A program made the position numbers and the translations under genes. The notes beneath the pieces are model-generated. The model was not told where the DNA came from. It did not search any database and was given only the letters and a program-made list of their open reading frames with translations. From contig NW_025767300.1 of the NCBI RefSeq assembly GCF_003918875.1, positions 186,001 through 250,000 of the forward strand: 64,000 nt of DNA. The letters are read 5' to 3'. The DNA comes from Haliotis rubra (taxonomy: Eukaryota). Within the stretch, counting starts at the first letter, position 1; each line of letters opens with the position of its first letter. Below are positions 48,999 to 61,721 of this stretch, piece after piece.

Positions 48999-51900
48999 AT
49001 TCGAACTAACATGTAGAGGTTTCAGATTCTTTGAATATAGTCCTCCTTGGGGTACATATAAGCATTTAAATGTCCATTTAAAATCCCTACGACAGTTGTA
49101 ACAATATTTGAATAAAAATAATAACTACGTTTTTGTCTTGTGAGACCACCCCTACAGCCAAGAGCAGGTAACTCTAGCCTATAACCTCGTACCTCACTTT
49201 CCATGCTGAACAAATCAGACAGAATGTGGGGAGGTGGGGGGCCGTACCCCAAGGAGGACTATTTTCAAAGAATCTGAAACCTCTACAGGTTAGATCGATT
49301 CTTTTTCATATATTCCTCCTTGGGGTACATATAAGCATAAGACAGACTCCTAAAGACTGAGCTAGGGAGGGGTATTCTGTCTGTATAAACACAACCCTGA
49401 CAATTCCCGAGCTAAAAATAGCAGAAAAGCTCACTTGCCTGGTCACGTGTCCACCATAGCCAATCAGGCAGGGGCATGAGCCAGGGTCAGGGGTCAAACA
49501 TATTATGTTTATGATGCGAAAAACCTCGCTAATGTAAACTGGTCAAATAATCCCCCCTCCCTCCCGTAAGTAGTCGGAAGCTAAGTTAAGGGAATTTATC
49601 AATAAACCCGAGAAATATTTTGTCGTACAATACAAGCAAAGGTTTCCAAGGCAGTAGGACTACAGCAGTACTGAGGAATGCATAGTACATGGGATAAAAC
49701 CACAACCATCAAACCCAACACCAAGGGATTAGGTTGGAAAGTTCTAGATACCCAACACCAGGTAAAATCGGCAGATAAATGGTTCATGTCTTAAATCCTC
49801 GAAAGCTCAATCGGCCAGAGAGATGGAACCCTTGACGTAGCCACTGCCCTAACCGAATGAGCCTTCAACCCTTTAGGTGGTATACGACCTTTGTGCTCAT
49901 ATCCCATACAAATGGCAGAGACAAGCCATCTAGAAATGGTTTGCTTCTTCGCCGGAAGACCAGCCTTGATACCCCTTGTTCATTCGTTTGATATAAGCCT
50001 TAAGGGTCTTACGGACATCTAAGATGTGAGCACGTCGTAGAGAGGTACCGGACAGGGAAGGCTGTGTGAAAGCCGGGAGCTCAATAGGTGCCGTTACTTG
50101 AAAGGCACTATCTCTCTTAGGACGGTAAGTATCAGGCAACCGAATGCTAACTGTCTTTATGAAAAACAGTTAGCGCGGGGTCGGCTGACATTGCATGAAT
50201 ATCGCCTACCCGCCTGCCCGAAGTTACCGCCACAACAAAAGCTGCCTTCCACGTTAACAGCTGGAGGGAAAGAGCCGACAGATTGTGAAATAGAGGACCA
50301 GACAGCCAATCAAGAACGATTGACGAGTCCCACGGGGGACTAATCCACCGGATAGTCGGACGGATTCTGCCCACGTCTGCTAAAAAACGCTGAACAAGAG
50401 GGTGCAGGAATTCCCCTCGCTTGGAGGCGATTCCGGACAGCGACCATACCACCCACTGAATCCTGGGATTCGGGTTGGGCGCTCCGTTCTGGGATAGGAG
50501 GTCCGGTCGAAAAGGTAATAGTACAGGAGGCCGAGCCAGAAACCTGAGAATTACCGGAAACCAGCTTTGAGCCGACCAAAGGGGTGCAAGGAGCACAAGT
50601 AGTCGAGTTGGTTGAGCGGCTAGCTGAGACAGGACCTTGGGAATCAGCGGTATTGGTGGGAACGCCCACAGTACCCTGCCCATCCAATCTAGCTGAAAGG
50701 AATCAGAGAACAAAACACAGGAATCTGATTTGTCACCCCAGACGCAAACAGATCCACCTGGAACGACCCGAACAACTGGGAGATAATCCTGAATATCCCC
50801 CGGTTGAGCATCCACTCGTGTGGGACTAGTATACGCAGTGAGAGAGCATCTGCACACACGTTGTCTACCCAAACAGGCAAAACCCGAATGTTGAACTGGT
50901 CGCACCACAGTAGAAACTGCCACGCCTCTTGAAGAAGTGACGGGGACAACGCCTTGCTTTAGAATGTAAGTCATGGCCGTCTGATTGTCCATTTCTAGAC
51001 GAATCACTCGACCACGGACAAATTCTAGAAAGCTCTCGAACACCCGGCGGACTGCTCTCAACTCTAACATATTGATGTGCAGGCTGACTTCCTGCTCTGA
51101 CCATAGGCCTGAGACTGAGTGGTCACCCAGGACCAGTTGTCCAGGTATGGGTAACAGCACCTGCCCTGTGACCTGGCTAACTGAGCTGGGATTAACATAA
51201 GTTTGGTGAACACCCTTGGCGCCGTGGAGATGCCGAAGGGGAGCACACGAAACTGGTAGCACATCCCGTCGAAGGAGAACGAAGGTACTTCTTGAACTCA
51301 GGGTGCATCGGTACATGGAGGTATGCGTCCTTGAGATTGATTGATGTAAGCCAATCCCCTGTCTCGACAGATGAGATCACTGACCTGAGTGTCTCCATCC
51401 GGAAGGACGGTACCTCTATTAACTTGTTCAACCCTCTGAGATTCAGAATGGGTCTGAACCCTCCGTCCTTGGTCACTAGGAAGTAAGTGGAATAAAACCC
51501 CTCTCCTTGCTGACCTTCCGGAACCACCTCGATGGCTGCCTTGTCCAGTAAGGACTGAACCTCGGCACCGAGCACGTCCGCCTTCTCTCTGTAGGCTGGC
51601 AATCCAGGGATTTGAAGTGACTGCCTCCCATTCCCTAAGGAATAGGGACAGTCGGCCACCTACTGGGATGTTTGGCAGTAAGGGCTCTGAGGGAAGAATC
51701 AACGGGAAGCTGGGGCTGCTGTGACTGAGCAGGCCTGCCCTTGCCTCATGCTCTCTTGCTACACTTGCTCCACTTTGCAGGCCGAGGCAGAAGGATACGC
51801 GGCAGCAAGAGGGGAAGGCCGTTACCGAGAAGTGGAGGGGTGTTCTAACAAGGGTTTAGAATCCTTGAAAGTTGACACCGCCTCCGTGGCCTACCCGCAC

Positions 51901-52440
51901 TACTTGTAATGCCCCAGGAAATAGGGAAGACCCCATTGTGAAAGGCAAGGAAAGTAGTGGCTGGAGAGTAACGTGCCACTGAAAGCCAAAGCCTGTGCCC
52001 ATGACAGCACCCATCATCTGGCTGGCACAGCACCTAATGCTGTCCCTAGCCAGATGAGAGTGAACGACAGTGAGCTGGCGTGCAAGCACGGGTGCCAACA
52101 AGTCGTCACCTGTAGCGCTCTGGTCCACTAGCTACCCCTGTAATGCCAACAGGTAAGCAGAGTGGACAGCCACTGCGTAATTGTTGAGCTGCACACGGTA
52201 AACCTCCTCAAAGGACCGGTATGCAGACTTCAGCATGGGTGCATTGGCTTGAAAGGGTGGTAGCCGCCTGGCTGAAGCCAGGGAGGACGAGGACGACCCC
52301 CCGAGGGTAACTGAGGCAAACACACACTCATCCACCACTGGCGGCTCGAATAGAGAATCCTCCCCCAACTGATACTCCTTGCCTATGTCCGGTAAATCAA
52401 ACCGAGACCGTGCACCAGTCACTAGATTCACAGATTCACT
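48999..52440 (-). mobile_element. Second DIRS1-like element (different family), 5'-truncated and frameshifted
   Basis: RT (YSTYFLVTKDGGFRPILNL, LKDAYLHVP, LPFGISTAPRVF, YPYLDNW), RNase H (HINMLELRAV, MDNQTA), MT-like (DLFAS, WAFPP), YR (TSGRRVGDIHAM, HSVRAVATS). Right end 48999-49070 pairs with an ICR at 49244-49338. Confidence 0.9.
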
Positions 52441-52892
52441 ACCTCACTCACCAGTGATGGCAGAATACGTAAACGTACCTCAGTGACCCGGCTAGGCGCA
52501 AATCAAGGCAAATTTAATAAACTATACAAACAAAACTTTTGTGTTGTTAAATAGTGTGTAAAAAAGATAGGTTCCTGTGACCTTAGGCTGGCTTTTGTCT
52601 AGAAGCATCTTCTAATCTGTGAAGACATGACCTATCTTTTTGAACAGCATGTCTGGGAGATGGCTTCTTATCAGCTTAGGCTGTCAGTTATCTGAAGCTA
52701 TTACTGAAAATGCTGAACTAATATTTTACATTTGTATTTTCCTAATATCCTAATATATATTTCTTGTGGATCTATAATTGATAATGAAACATGAATAAAT
52801 TGTACTCCATGATGACTATCACATGGCTGGAATAACACACAAACACTTTGAGTTACCTCCCTTTAACCTTCAGATGCAGAAGTTGATATAAG

Positions 52893-53402
52893 CAGTCTAA
52901 GTAAACTTTGGCTCAGTATTATTCGTTACACTTCTATACTGAGTCTAACAAAACCTAGTAGGTCGCGCCAGGTGACCTTTGAGCGACCTATGACCGTCCA
53001 ATCAAACGCGAGATTGCCGAACGGATTTAACCAATCAGATGACGACAAACAAAAATCTGCATAAAACACATATTTGACCTGCTGTATATACGCTTATGGG
53101 TTTCTAATGACATGGTTACTATTTGATTATATTTTCGCAAGATGACATCCTTGAATATTGACAAAAACGCTATTTTCAGCGACTGTTTACTCATTGCGTG
53201 TATCACTCGGAAGCAATCGTGGGCAAAAGAGCATTCGGAATCGTTTGAGTTTTTTACGTAAAGGTTCAAACTTTCGCGATTTGGTAAGCTGTGTTCTGAT
53301 TGGCCAGTCCAAAAGGTCATCTGACGCGACCTTCCACTAGGTTTTGTTTGACTCAGTATAGCAGTGTAACAAATAATACTGAGTCTAAGTTTACTTAGAC
53401 TG
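52893..53402. mobile_element. MITE with 10-bp TSD, copy 2 (inverted relative to 39565-40190)
   Basis: Same TIRs; interior is the reverse complement of copy 1 with deletions; TSD TTGATATAAG. Confidence 0.9.
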
Positions 53403-53599
53403 TTGATATAAGCTACTCTTTGAAAGGCATTTTTATGCCCATGGGCTTAAACACAGAAAATCCTTGTACCACTGACAATTTGCGTGCATATGTTGCATGC
53501 AGTTGAAGGACAGAATAGTTCACCAGTAACACAGTTTATCTCACTATTTTGATTGTGCTACAGAATAATTCACCAGTAACACAAGATTGTTACCCTGAC

Positions 53600-53840
53600 C
53601 TGAGTGAGTTTAGTTTTAGGCCTCACTCATCAATATTCCAGCTATATGGCAGTGGTCTGTAAATAATGGAGTCTGGACCTGACAATCCAGTGATCAACAG
53701 CATGAGCATCCATCTACGCAAATGGGATACAATGACGTGTCAACCAAGTCTCCGATTCTGACCACCTGATCCTGTTAAGTCACCTCTTACAACAACCATG
53801 GGTTACTGAAGACCAACTTTAACCCAGATCTTCACAGGTC
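53600..53840 (-). mobile_element. CORE/MESC-type SINE
   Basis: Reverse complement of the 17334 family. Confidence 0.8.
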
Positions 53841-54050
53841 CTATCGGAACTGTGGGATAGAACAGTTCACCAGTAACACAAGCTTGTCACACTATCGGAA
53901 CTGTGGGAAAGAACATGTCCCAGAAACACAAGCTGGTCACACTATCGGAACTGTGGGACGAAACAGTTCACCAGTAACACAAGCTTGTCACACTATCGGA
54001 ACTGTGGGACGAAACAGTTCACCAGTAACACAAGCTTGTCACACTATCAG
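53841..54050. repeat. 51-bp minisatellite (~4 copies)
   Basis: Unit CTATCGGAACTGTGGGACGAAACAGTTCACCAGTAACACAAGCTTGTCACA. Confidence 0.88.
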
Positions 54051-54100
54051 AACGGAACAGCTGACAAGTAACTTGCCTCACTGTGTGGACTGTGGGACAG

Positions 54101-54256
54101 GAGTGAGTGAGTATGGTTTTACGCCGCTTTTAGCACTAGTCCAACTATAAGACAGCGATGGAAACCAGAAATGGGCTTCACCCATGTGGGGAATCGAACC
54201 CGGGTCTTCGGCGTGACAAGCAAACGCTTTAATCACAAGGCTACCCCACTGCCCCC
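54101..54256 (-). mobile_element. Meta/MESC-type tRNA SINE
   Basis: GGGGAATCGAACCCGGGTCTTCGGCGTGAC head; TSD CTGTGGGACAGGA. Confidence 0.82.
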
Positions 54257-55849
54257 TGTGGGACAGGAAGGAAAACTAGTAACAAAACTAACTGTTCAGT
54301 TTGCAGAACAGAATACTTTGTGAATAACACAAGCGTGTATCTTAACTGAAGGTGTAAAGTTTCAATAATACATCACTTATTTACACCTGGCAAAATGACA
54401 TACAGGCTCTAATTCTGAATCCTTTTCCAAAAGTTATGGTTTCAAGATTCTGCATTATTTTATGCAAATAAATGCCAAAATCTCACTGCATAAAACTATG
54501 ACATTTAAATGAACCAGTGAAGCAAAATGACCACTGCGACAGACAGAAACCACATTTTGTCAGCCATGTCACATGAAACCATATCACATTATCCAATTTG
54601 TTAAAAGGATTTCAGTTATATAATGGTGTTTCAGCTGAACATTATACATAGCTACTAATGTCTCATATTTTGACTAATTAGGGTATTCAAAGCAATGTTC
54701 AGCTTATCCTGGCATGGCCAAGGAATGTAACCGTGGTACCTTTAACTAATGAGCCACCTACAAACTGCACTGGTTTGTGCAAGCAGTTGTACTATCCATT
54801 TACAAAATCATACATGGTTAGCCTAACTAATTATTAACTCGACTTACATGTAAATATACCACTCCAACTTTGCTAACGATCAAATTTTGGTGACATCCAA
54901 ACATATTCAAAACTAATCTAACATATAAAGACTGAAATACCCCTGTACACACCCTATTGATAACCTCTACAGGGCTTCAATTTGACAATGAATGGAGGGG
55001 GCATGCAGACAATAGCCTGATGTGCACCAGGATGTGCTTGAAAATCTGTGTTTTGATGTATACAGACAGAATTGCTTCATATCACTGTCAAAGAGCACAA
55101 CATTTGCTACTAAGGATTGCAACAACTTCACGGAGAGGCAGACGCATGCTTGAAACTGGGCCAACATATTACATTAGCTGAAGTGTAATGACCTAGGAAT
55201 GGAATCGACACCAGACATTTGTTCGTCTTTCCTGCAACTCTACTTAGAATTGGGCAATGCTGTTAATGAAGACTGTAACAATCCCAGATACTAACTGGTA
55301 GCAAAAGATGAGGGTACCAGGCAGGGAGATTTGGAAGGGGGCACAATGATTCTTTTCATGACTCTTTTAACATTTCAGTTTTTGATACAATCAATTTGAC
55401 AAGTTATCCGACTGATTAGTGGTCATTTTTCATGATTCTTTTTACATTTCAGTTTTTGATACAATCAATTTGACAAGTTATCTGACTGATTAGTGGTCAA
55501 GTATTGCTTACTGGCGTTGTGTGGTACATCACAATGGACCTTGGTTCATTTCACACGTCTTCACATAGTATTGTCCTTTTCAAGTGATACACAAAATATG
55601 ACATCACCTATTACAAAACTTTGAGGAGTACGAATTTTGGAACGTTTTGTGGCATATAGCCAGTTTATACTGAATTCTTTTACCACAAAGAATCTAATCT
55701 ATGCATGAATATGCACATGTACTTACATTCAGAATGTGTTACATACAGTGACATTCTACAACACTAGTCTATTACTGATGACTTATGAATGAGTTATACG
55801 TCATCATATATAATGTATCACATTACAAAGTTCAAAACACATGGTCTTT

Positions 55850-56112
55850 GAGTGAGTGAGTTTAGTTTTAAAGCACTCAGCAATATTCCAGCTATATGGC
55901 GGCAGTGTGTAAATAATAGAGTCTGGACCAGACAATCCAGTGATCAACAACATGAGCATTGATCTGAGCTATTGGGAACCGATGACGTGTCAACCAAGTC
56001 AGTGAGCCTGACCACCCGATCCCATTAGTCGTCTCTTACGACAAGCATAGTCGCCTTTTGTGGTAAGCATGGGTTGCTGAAGACCTCTTCTACCGCGGAT
56101 CTTCATGGGTCA
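55850..56112 (-). mobile_element. CORE/MESC-type SINE
   Basis: Reverse complement of the 17334 family; TSD CACATGGTCTTTGA. Confidence 0.85.
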
Positions 56113-57069
56113 CATGGTCTTTGAAGTATATGGAATATTTTTCTCCATGGACCCTTTAGTCCAACTTAACATCGGTTATGACAAGACTGACTGACTGAGT
56201 TTAGCCAATCACCGGTTATGACAAGAATCCACAGACTTTTATTTGAATTGGTTTTAACACCCCCCAGTTTTCCAGTTGTATCAGAGCATGTATGCTTGAT
56301 GTGGGAGGAAAACCTGAAGGGAAGGTCACAGATGTTTATCACCTTTGTGAAACAGGTAAACTTGGATAGTGCTGACAAGACTATTTACATGCTCAGGAAA
56401 ACCAGCATTCAAAGCACCTTGTTGGGAGAGACATTCAAGAAGGATCTGAATAAATGGTGGATGCACGTCAGGGATACATGTCTGCATACCAAGTTGCAGT
56501 TACCAAACTTGGCTGCCTGTGGTTGTTTCTGGGAACAAAGTTATATGTAAAATTATTTCAAGCCTTTAGAAACTAAGTATTCTGCAGGTTTACAACTTCA
56601 CATGGATCAAATAAACATCTTGAAAAAAAAATACACAGTTATAAGTTATGTATGTTTATTACACAGGTGAAAAAGATTTGACATCACAATGAAAGTGAGT
56701 CTCCCATCTCTGAAGTCGCATGTATTGGACAGTTTCAAATATACCAGTACAATTACATGCTTCAGTACATTAAGTTCTACTCAGGAAGAAATTCTCCTCG
56801 ACTGAAAGGTGAGAATGCATGATGTTCATTAAACATAGCCTGTATTGGATTTCTTTTTGTCCGATATACTGTTCAGGATTCTGTCCCGAACAAAATGAAC
56901 TAAGACATTAGCTTTCACAACAAAGGCTTGATGAACTTGCTCTTGAAGGTCGACAATCGTTTAGATCATATTAAAAAAGTGTCTTATTACAGGCAAACTT
57001 GCATGTTCCGGTGCGAGTTTCAAGTGGTCAAAATGGAACAGTAATCAATGTGGAATATTGTATCCTTTG

Positions 57070-57432
57070 TCAGTTCGTAAGCGCAACAAGTGCTTCCACA
57101 ATGTTCCCTTTATGTTCTCTCAGAACTCTCTCCGCCTGTATTCGTCCAATTTCAATTTCATTCACAATTAGATCTACGTCATCTTTGTTTATCTTCACTT
57201 TCGAAAGTTCTCTTTCTCGTTCCTGTCTCTCAGAAGCTTCTTTAGCTTTGCTGACATTCACAACCCGCATGGCATCACTGATGCTCTGAGCGGATATTTC
57301 TGTTTCTTCGACATAGTCAGTTACTTTCTCTAAATCGGCGGCCCCTGAGTCATGTTTGGCAACCTTCTTTGATTTGCCTTCCTTCTTATCTTCATTCTCT
57401 TCGATTTCAACGTTTTCTTCCTCCGTCGCCAT
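57070..57432 (-). CDS. HYPK: Huntingtin-interacting protein K (NatA-associated), single exon, 120 aa
   Basis: KHDSGAADLEKVTDYVEE and C-terminal UBA-like ELSKVKINKDDVDLIVNEIEI...AERVLREHKGNIVEALVALTN; intact ORF; AACATGG Kozak context; minus-strand AATAAA at 56655-56660. Confidence 0.95.
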   Translation of the reverse strand: MATEEENVEIEENEDKKEGKSKKVAKHDSGAADLEKVTDYVEETEISAQSISDAMRVVNVSKAKEASERQERERELSKVKINKDDVDLIVNEIEIGRIQAERVLREHKGNIVEALVALTN

Positions 57433-57731
57433 GTTGGAGCATGTGCGTGATTTTCTCGCTTACCTCCCCTGGTTCCTATCTGACATGTTTCACACAAACA
57501 ATGCGCGTCCGCTTAAATTGTATATGTAAGATAAGCCTTGGGAGAAGAAACATGGTCAAGAAATCAACGGAAACCATGCATCTTGTGACAGGTTATATTC
57601 CAGCAAAGATTGTGTACATTCATTGAAGATAATTGGTCTTTCAATATAATTTTGAAATATGTTTCATAAGTGAAAAATGAAAGAGGCTAGTACATACTAT
57701 ATATACTAAAAGTGTTCCAGTACTTCCAGCG

Positions 57732-57822
57732 GCCTCGGTAGCGCAGTAGGTAGCGCGTCAGTCTCATAATCCAATTGGCAAGAGCCATCTGAAGGTCGTG
57801 AGTTCGATCCTCACCCGGGGCA
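57732..57822 (+). tRNA. Elongator tRNA-Met (CAT) with an 18-nt intron (57769-57786)
   Basis: Spliced sequence GCCTCGGTAGCGCAGTAGGTAGCGCGTCAGTCTCATAATCTGAAGGTCGTGAGTTCGATCCTCACCCGGGGCA folds as a cloverleaf nearly identical to metazoan tRNA-eMet; T6 terminator 57829-57834; TATA-like element about -30. Confidence 0.93.
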
Positions 57823-58057
57823 GCATTCTTTTTTCGATATATTTTTGTTATATTGTTAAATGAATGTTTACCAAAGATACGTCACTGAGCTATGATGTAC
57901 ATCATTAAATTTATTTATCAAACTGCAATATGTATACTAGTCAGAAGAGAGAATTTATGGCATGATATACACTAAACTAAATGAAAGATCACCATGCTTA
58001 TAGAGAGTAGTTAATTTGTCAATAAAATATGTTTGAAAGCAAACAGCAAACGTTTGA

Positions 58058-58223
58058 CTGGCTGACTGAGTTTGGTTTTACGCCGCTTTTAGCAATATTC
58101 CAGCAACATCACGGCGGGGGACACCAGAAATGGGCTTCACACATTGTACCCATGTGGGGATTCGAACCCGGGTCTTCGGCGTGACGAGCCATTGCTTTAA
58201 CCTCTAGTCTACCCCACCGCCCA
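58058..58223 (-). mobile_element. Full-length Meta/MESC-type tRNA SINE
   Basis: Reverse complement of the 42123 element; TSD CAAACGTTTGA. Confidence 0.9.
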
Positions 58224-59974
58224 CAAACGTTTGAAACTGGTATACATGGACCAATGATACAGACAAGACATGGTACATGATAAAATACAATAATGTAGAT
58301 ATGTAGACATGTCTCTAACAGGATCTATTGCGCCTCCCCACCCTCACACACCCCATCTCACAGACCAGGATGATCTTGGTTACGCATGACGAGCAGTCAA
58401 GGAGTGTCAATAAATATGTGACGCACGAAGGTGTTTACGTCAAGTTGCACAACAGCAATGCATGATCCGGGATAGAATGGTCAGCCAATGTTTATTTAAA
58501 AAACAAACATTTACATACGAAGTAGTAAATTTACGTTTTCTTAGTTTTGGCTATCGGCCTTCTGTGAAAAACTATACTTCGGTTCTGAAACAATGTCGTT
58601 TATAAGCAGCCACGCTTCCAATATATTGGCAGTCGGAGTCACGTAACTTTATAGCTGTTGTGGCTCTGGATCCTGTCTGAAGGTGTCGCCTGCAGCAGAT
58701 AATTCAGGATCTACCTAGAACGGTTTATCGATGTGTGCAACAGCTGTGTACAGGGTTTGCCAACCTGCTGGTACGTCGCAGTGTTAAGGTTTATAATATA
58801 AACCGTTATTATTGATATATTCCACGACTTATTCTCCTTAATGTTTTCCAACAACATCGTCACATTCATGTTCCATACACACGAACGCATTAATCTATAC
58901 GAGAGCCCGACCGACAGAGCGTCTTGGAACCGATATCGGCGGAGGATGTGCACAGCTGGCTCTTGTCAACACACGGCCGTCTGCGAGAACACAACATTGC
59001 AAGCAGTCAGATCGAAGCGCCTGCGCCTTCTTTCTGTTTTTATTGAACCACTAAGTCGATGAAACTGGCATCTGATTCACTTATGTCTATTTTAACTCCA
59101 TATAATAAAATTCATGGATATTCCTTGCCATGGTCTTAGTCATACGTGTTATGTGTTCTGCCATCTGTGTATACAATGCCAGTATAATGGCGACCTGTTG
59201 AAGAGGAAATTGGGTGCCACTCCGTGTTAGTATGGCTTCACACCAGAACTATTTACCAAATGAAATTAAGATCGTTATCATTTTATATACGATTGATATT
59301 CTAGTACTTCATATTCTCCCTAACTGAACACGTGTTCAAATGATAGATGTTCCCAAAAAGCTGTTCTCTGCCCGAGTAGGGAGCATCAGTAAACACTACA
59401 ATGGCATGCAACACCAGGCTAATTCACAAGAACCCGTCCTACGCCGTTAGCGGCTATTTGTATGGATAGCAGATGTAGAGTATAAGAACATATGTATATG
59501 AAGAGAAATAGGGGTTTAAATATAGCATAGGTTTAGGTAGAGTAGCATGGTTTTATATAGGAGCACAAATCAATGTAAAGATGCATTCAGGTGAACACAG
59601 GTTTTGGTATAGGGGCACATGGGTTTGAATGTATGAAGATAGGGTTTGGCATGCGTAGGAGCACATAGGGTTGAATGTATGACCATGGGTTTTGGTATAG
59701 GGGCACATGGGTTTGAATGTATGAAAATAGGGTTTGGTATAGGGGCACATAGGTTGAATGGAGTAACACAGATTTAGGAAGAGTGTCTATACGTTTGAAA
59801 ATGTGAACGGGGAGTTTGGTCTCTGGGCTTATATTTTAACATAGCAGAACTTAGGTATGTAGGCATTTCAGTTCGACTAGAAGAATATAGATTGTATAGG
59901 ATCATATATAAGAGTTATATGATTGGAATTATACAACTGAATATATGAACTTAACTTGGGCATTTGGGCACATA

Positions 59975-60670
59975 TAGGAACATAACTTTAGATCTAGGGG
60001 CATACAGATTTGAATATAGGAACATGGCTTTATATGTAGGGGCATACAGGTTTGAATATTGGAACATGGTGTTAGATCTAGGGGCATACAGGTTTGAATA
60101 TAGGAACATGGCTTTAGATCTAGGGGCATACAGGTTTGAATATAGGAACATGGCTTTAGATCTAGGGGCATACAAGTTTGAATATAGGAACATGGCTTTA
60201 GATCTAGGGGCGTACAGGTTTGAATATAGGAACATGGCTTTAGACCTAGGGGCATACAGGTTTGAATATAGGAACATGGCTTTAGATCTAGGGGCGTACA
60301 GGTTTGAATATAGGAACATGGCTTTAGATCTAGGGCATACAGGTTTGAATATAGGAACATGGCTTTAGATCTAGGGGCATACAGGTTTGAACATACATAC
60401 AGGTTTTGAATATAGGAACATGGCGTTAGATCTAGGGGCGTACAGGTTTGAATATAGGAACATGGCTTTAGATCTAGGGGCATACAGGTTTGAATATAGG
60501 AACATGGCTTTAGATATAGGGCAAACAGGGTTGAATATAGGAACATGGCTTTAGATCTAGGGGCATACAGGTTTGAATATAGGAACATGGCGTTAGATCT
60601 AGGGGCATACAGGTTTGAATATTGGATCATGGCGTTAGATCTAGGGCATACAGGTTTGAATATAGGAACA
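59975..60670. repeat. 42-bp minisatellite, with degenerate relatives at 59480-59760
   Basis: Unit GAATATAGGAACATGGCTTTAGATCTAGGGGCATACAGGTTT, ~16 copies. Confidence 0.95.
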
Positions 60671-61292
60671 CAGATTTAGGTTTATTGATACATATCGGTT
60701 GTATCATTGGAACATAGGTGAAACTAAATGGACATATGCTGAATCTGCAAGTGTAGGTGTACCTGTGTTAAATGTTTAAAATAGATGAATGTGGTGTATT
60801 GTAGTTCCGTACATATTTAAGAATAGGTGCATATATTCAAATACAGGCACGTATTTTAACATGTAGGGATATGCATAAATAAGTTGTTTATCGTACATCA
60901 ACGACAGTCCTATGCTCCTACCACCAAATTCCAACTTATTTGCCTACTAAACCAGATATTCGACATATTAGGATATGTAGTTTCCCTGCACGATGGCAAA
61001 GGATGAACTAAATTTAATAGTTTGTAAATAATTTGTTAGTTCAGCAGAGAAACTGTACTGCTTCTGATTTGTCCCCACCATGTTCTCCAAACGTACAGAC
61101 TGTTGTAGCTTCTAGGGTTTGACCTCTGCTCAACCCTGATGTAGATGTTATCTCTGACTTCTGTATTCTGGCGTGATCAACACAGTCACATAGATGTCAA
61201 CACGTTGACCAAAGGCAGAGCAGCCCAGAATAGAATATGTAGTTTTGGATAAAATGAAACCTAGAATACATATCAATTTCTAATGGTTCAGT

Positions 61293-61451
61293 GGGGCGGA
61301 AGGCCTAGTGGTTAAAGCGTTCGTTCGTCACACCGAAAACCTGGGTTCGATTCCACACATGTGTACAATGTGTGAAGCCCACTTCTGGTGTCCCCCGCCG
61401 TGATATTGCTGGAATATTGCTAAAAGCGGCCTAAACTAAAAACTCACTCAC
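61293..61451 (+). mobile_element. Meta/MESC-type tRNA SINE
   Basis: Head GCCTAGTGGTTAAAGCG...GGTTCGATTCC; TSD CTAATGGTTCAGTG. Confidence 0.88.
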
Positions 61452-61721
61452 TAATGGTTCAGTGACAGATGAACAAACAATAACATTCGCAAGGTAAGGA
61501 CGGTTGCATTGACAATTCACAGTGAGCTTGTCTATGAAAGGGATTTCTAAACGTAAATGGTTAGAATGAAACAATTAATCAGAATATTTAAATCTTATTC
61601 TCAGAGAAACAGACGTTGATATAGGCTTGTCTTCTTATAGCTATGCGTCATGTGCTCAAATGTATGAGTTTGAAGGAATCCATGGATCGGAGGATGTTTT
61701 CATTTGTTGGCGTTAATTAAG

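Noticed and set aside
56166-56550. 110-aa ORF downstream of HYPK
   Set aside because: No recognisable motif or splice context; probably a chance ORF.
58711-59062. GC-richer stretch with short ORFs
   Set aside because: The frames I translated are interrupted by stops and I recognise no homology.
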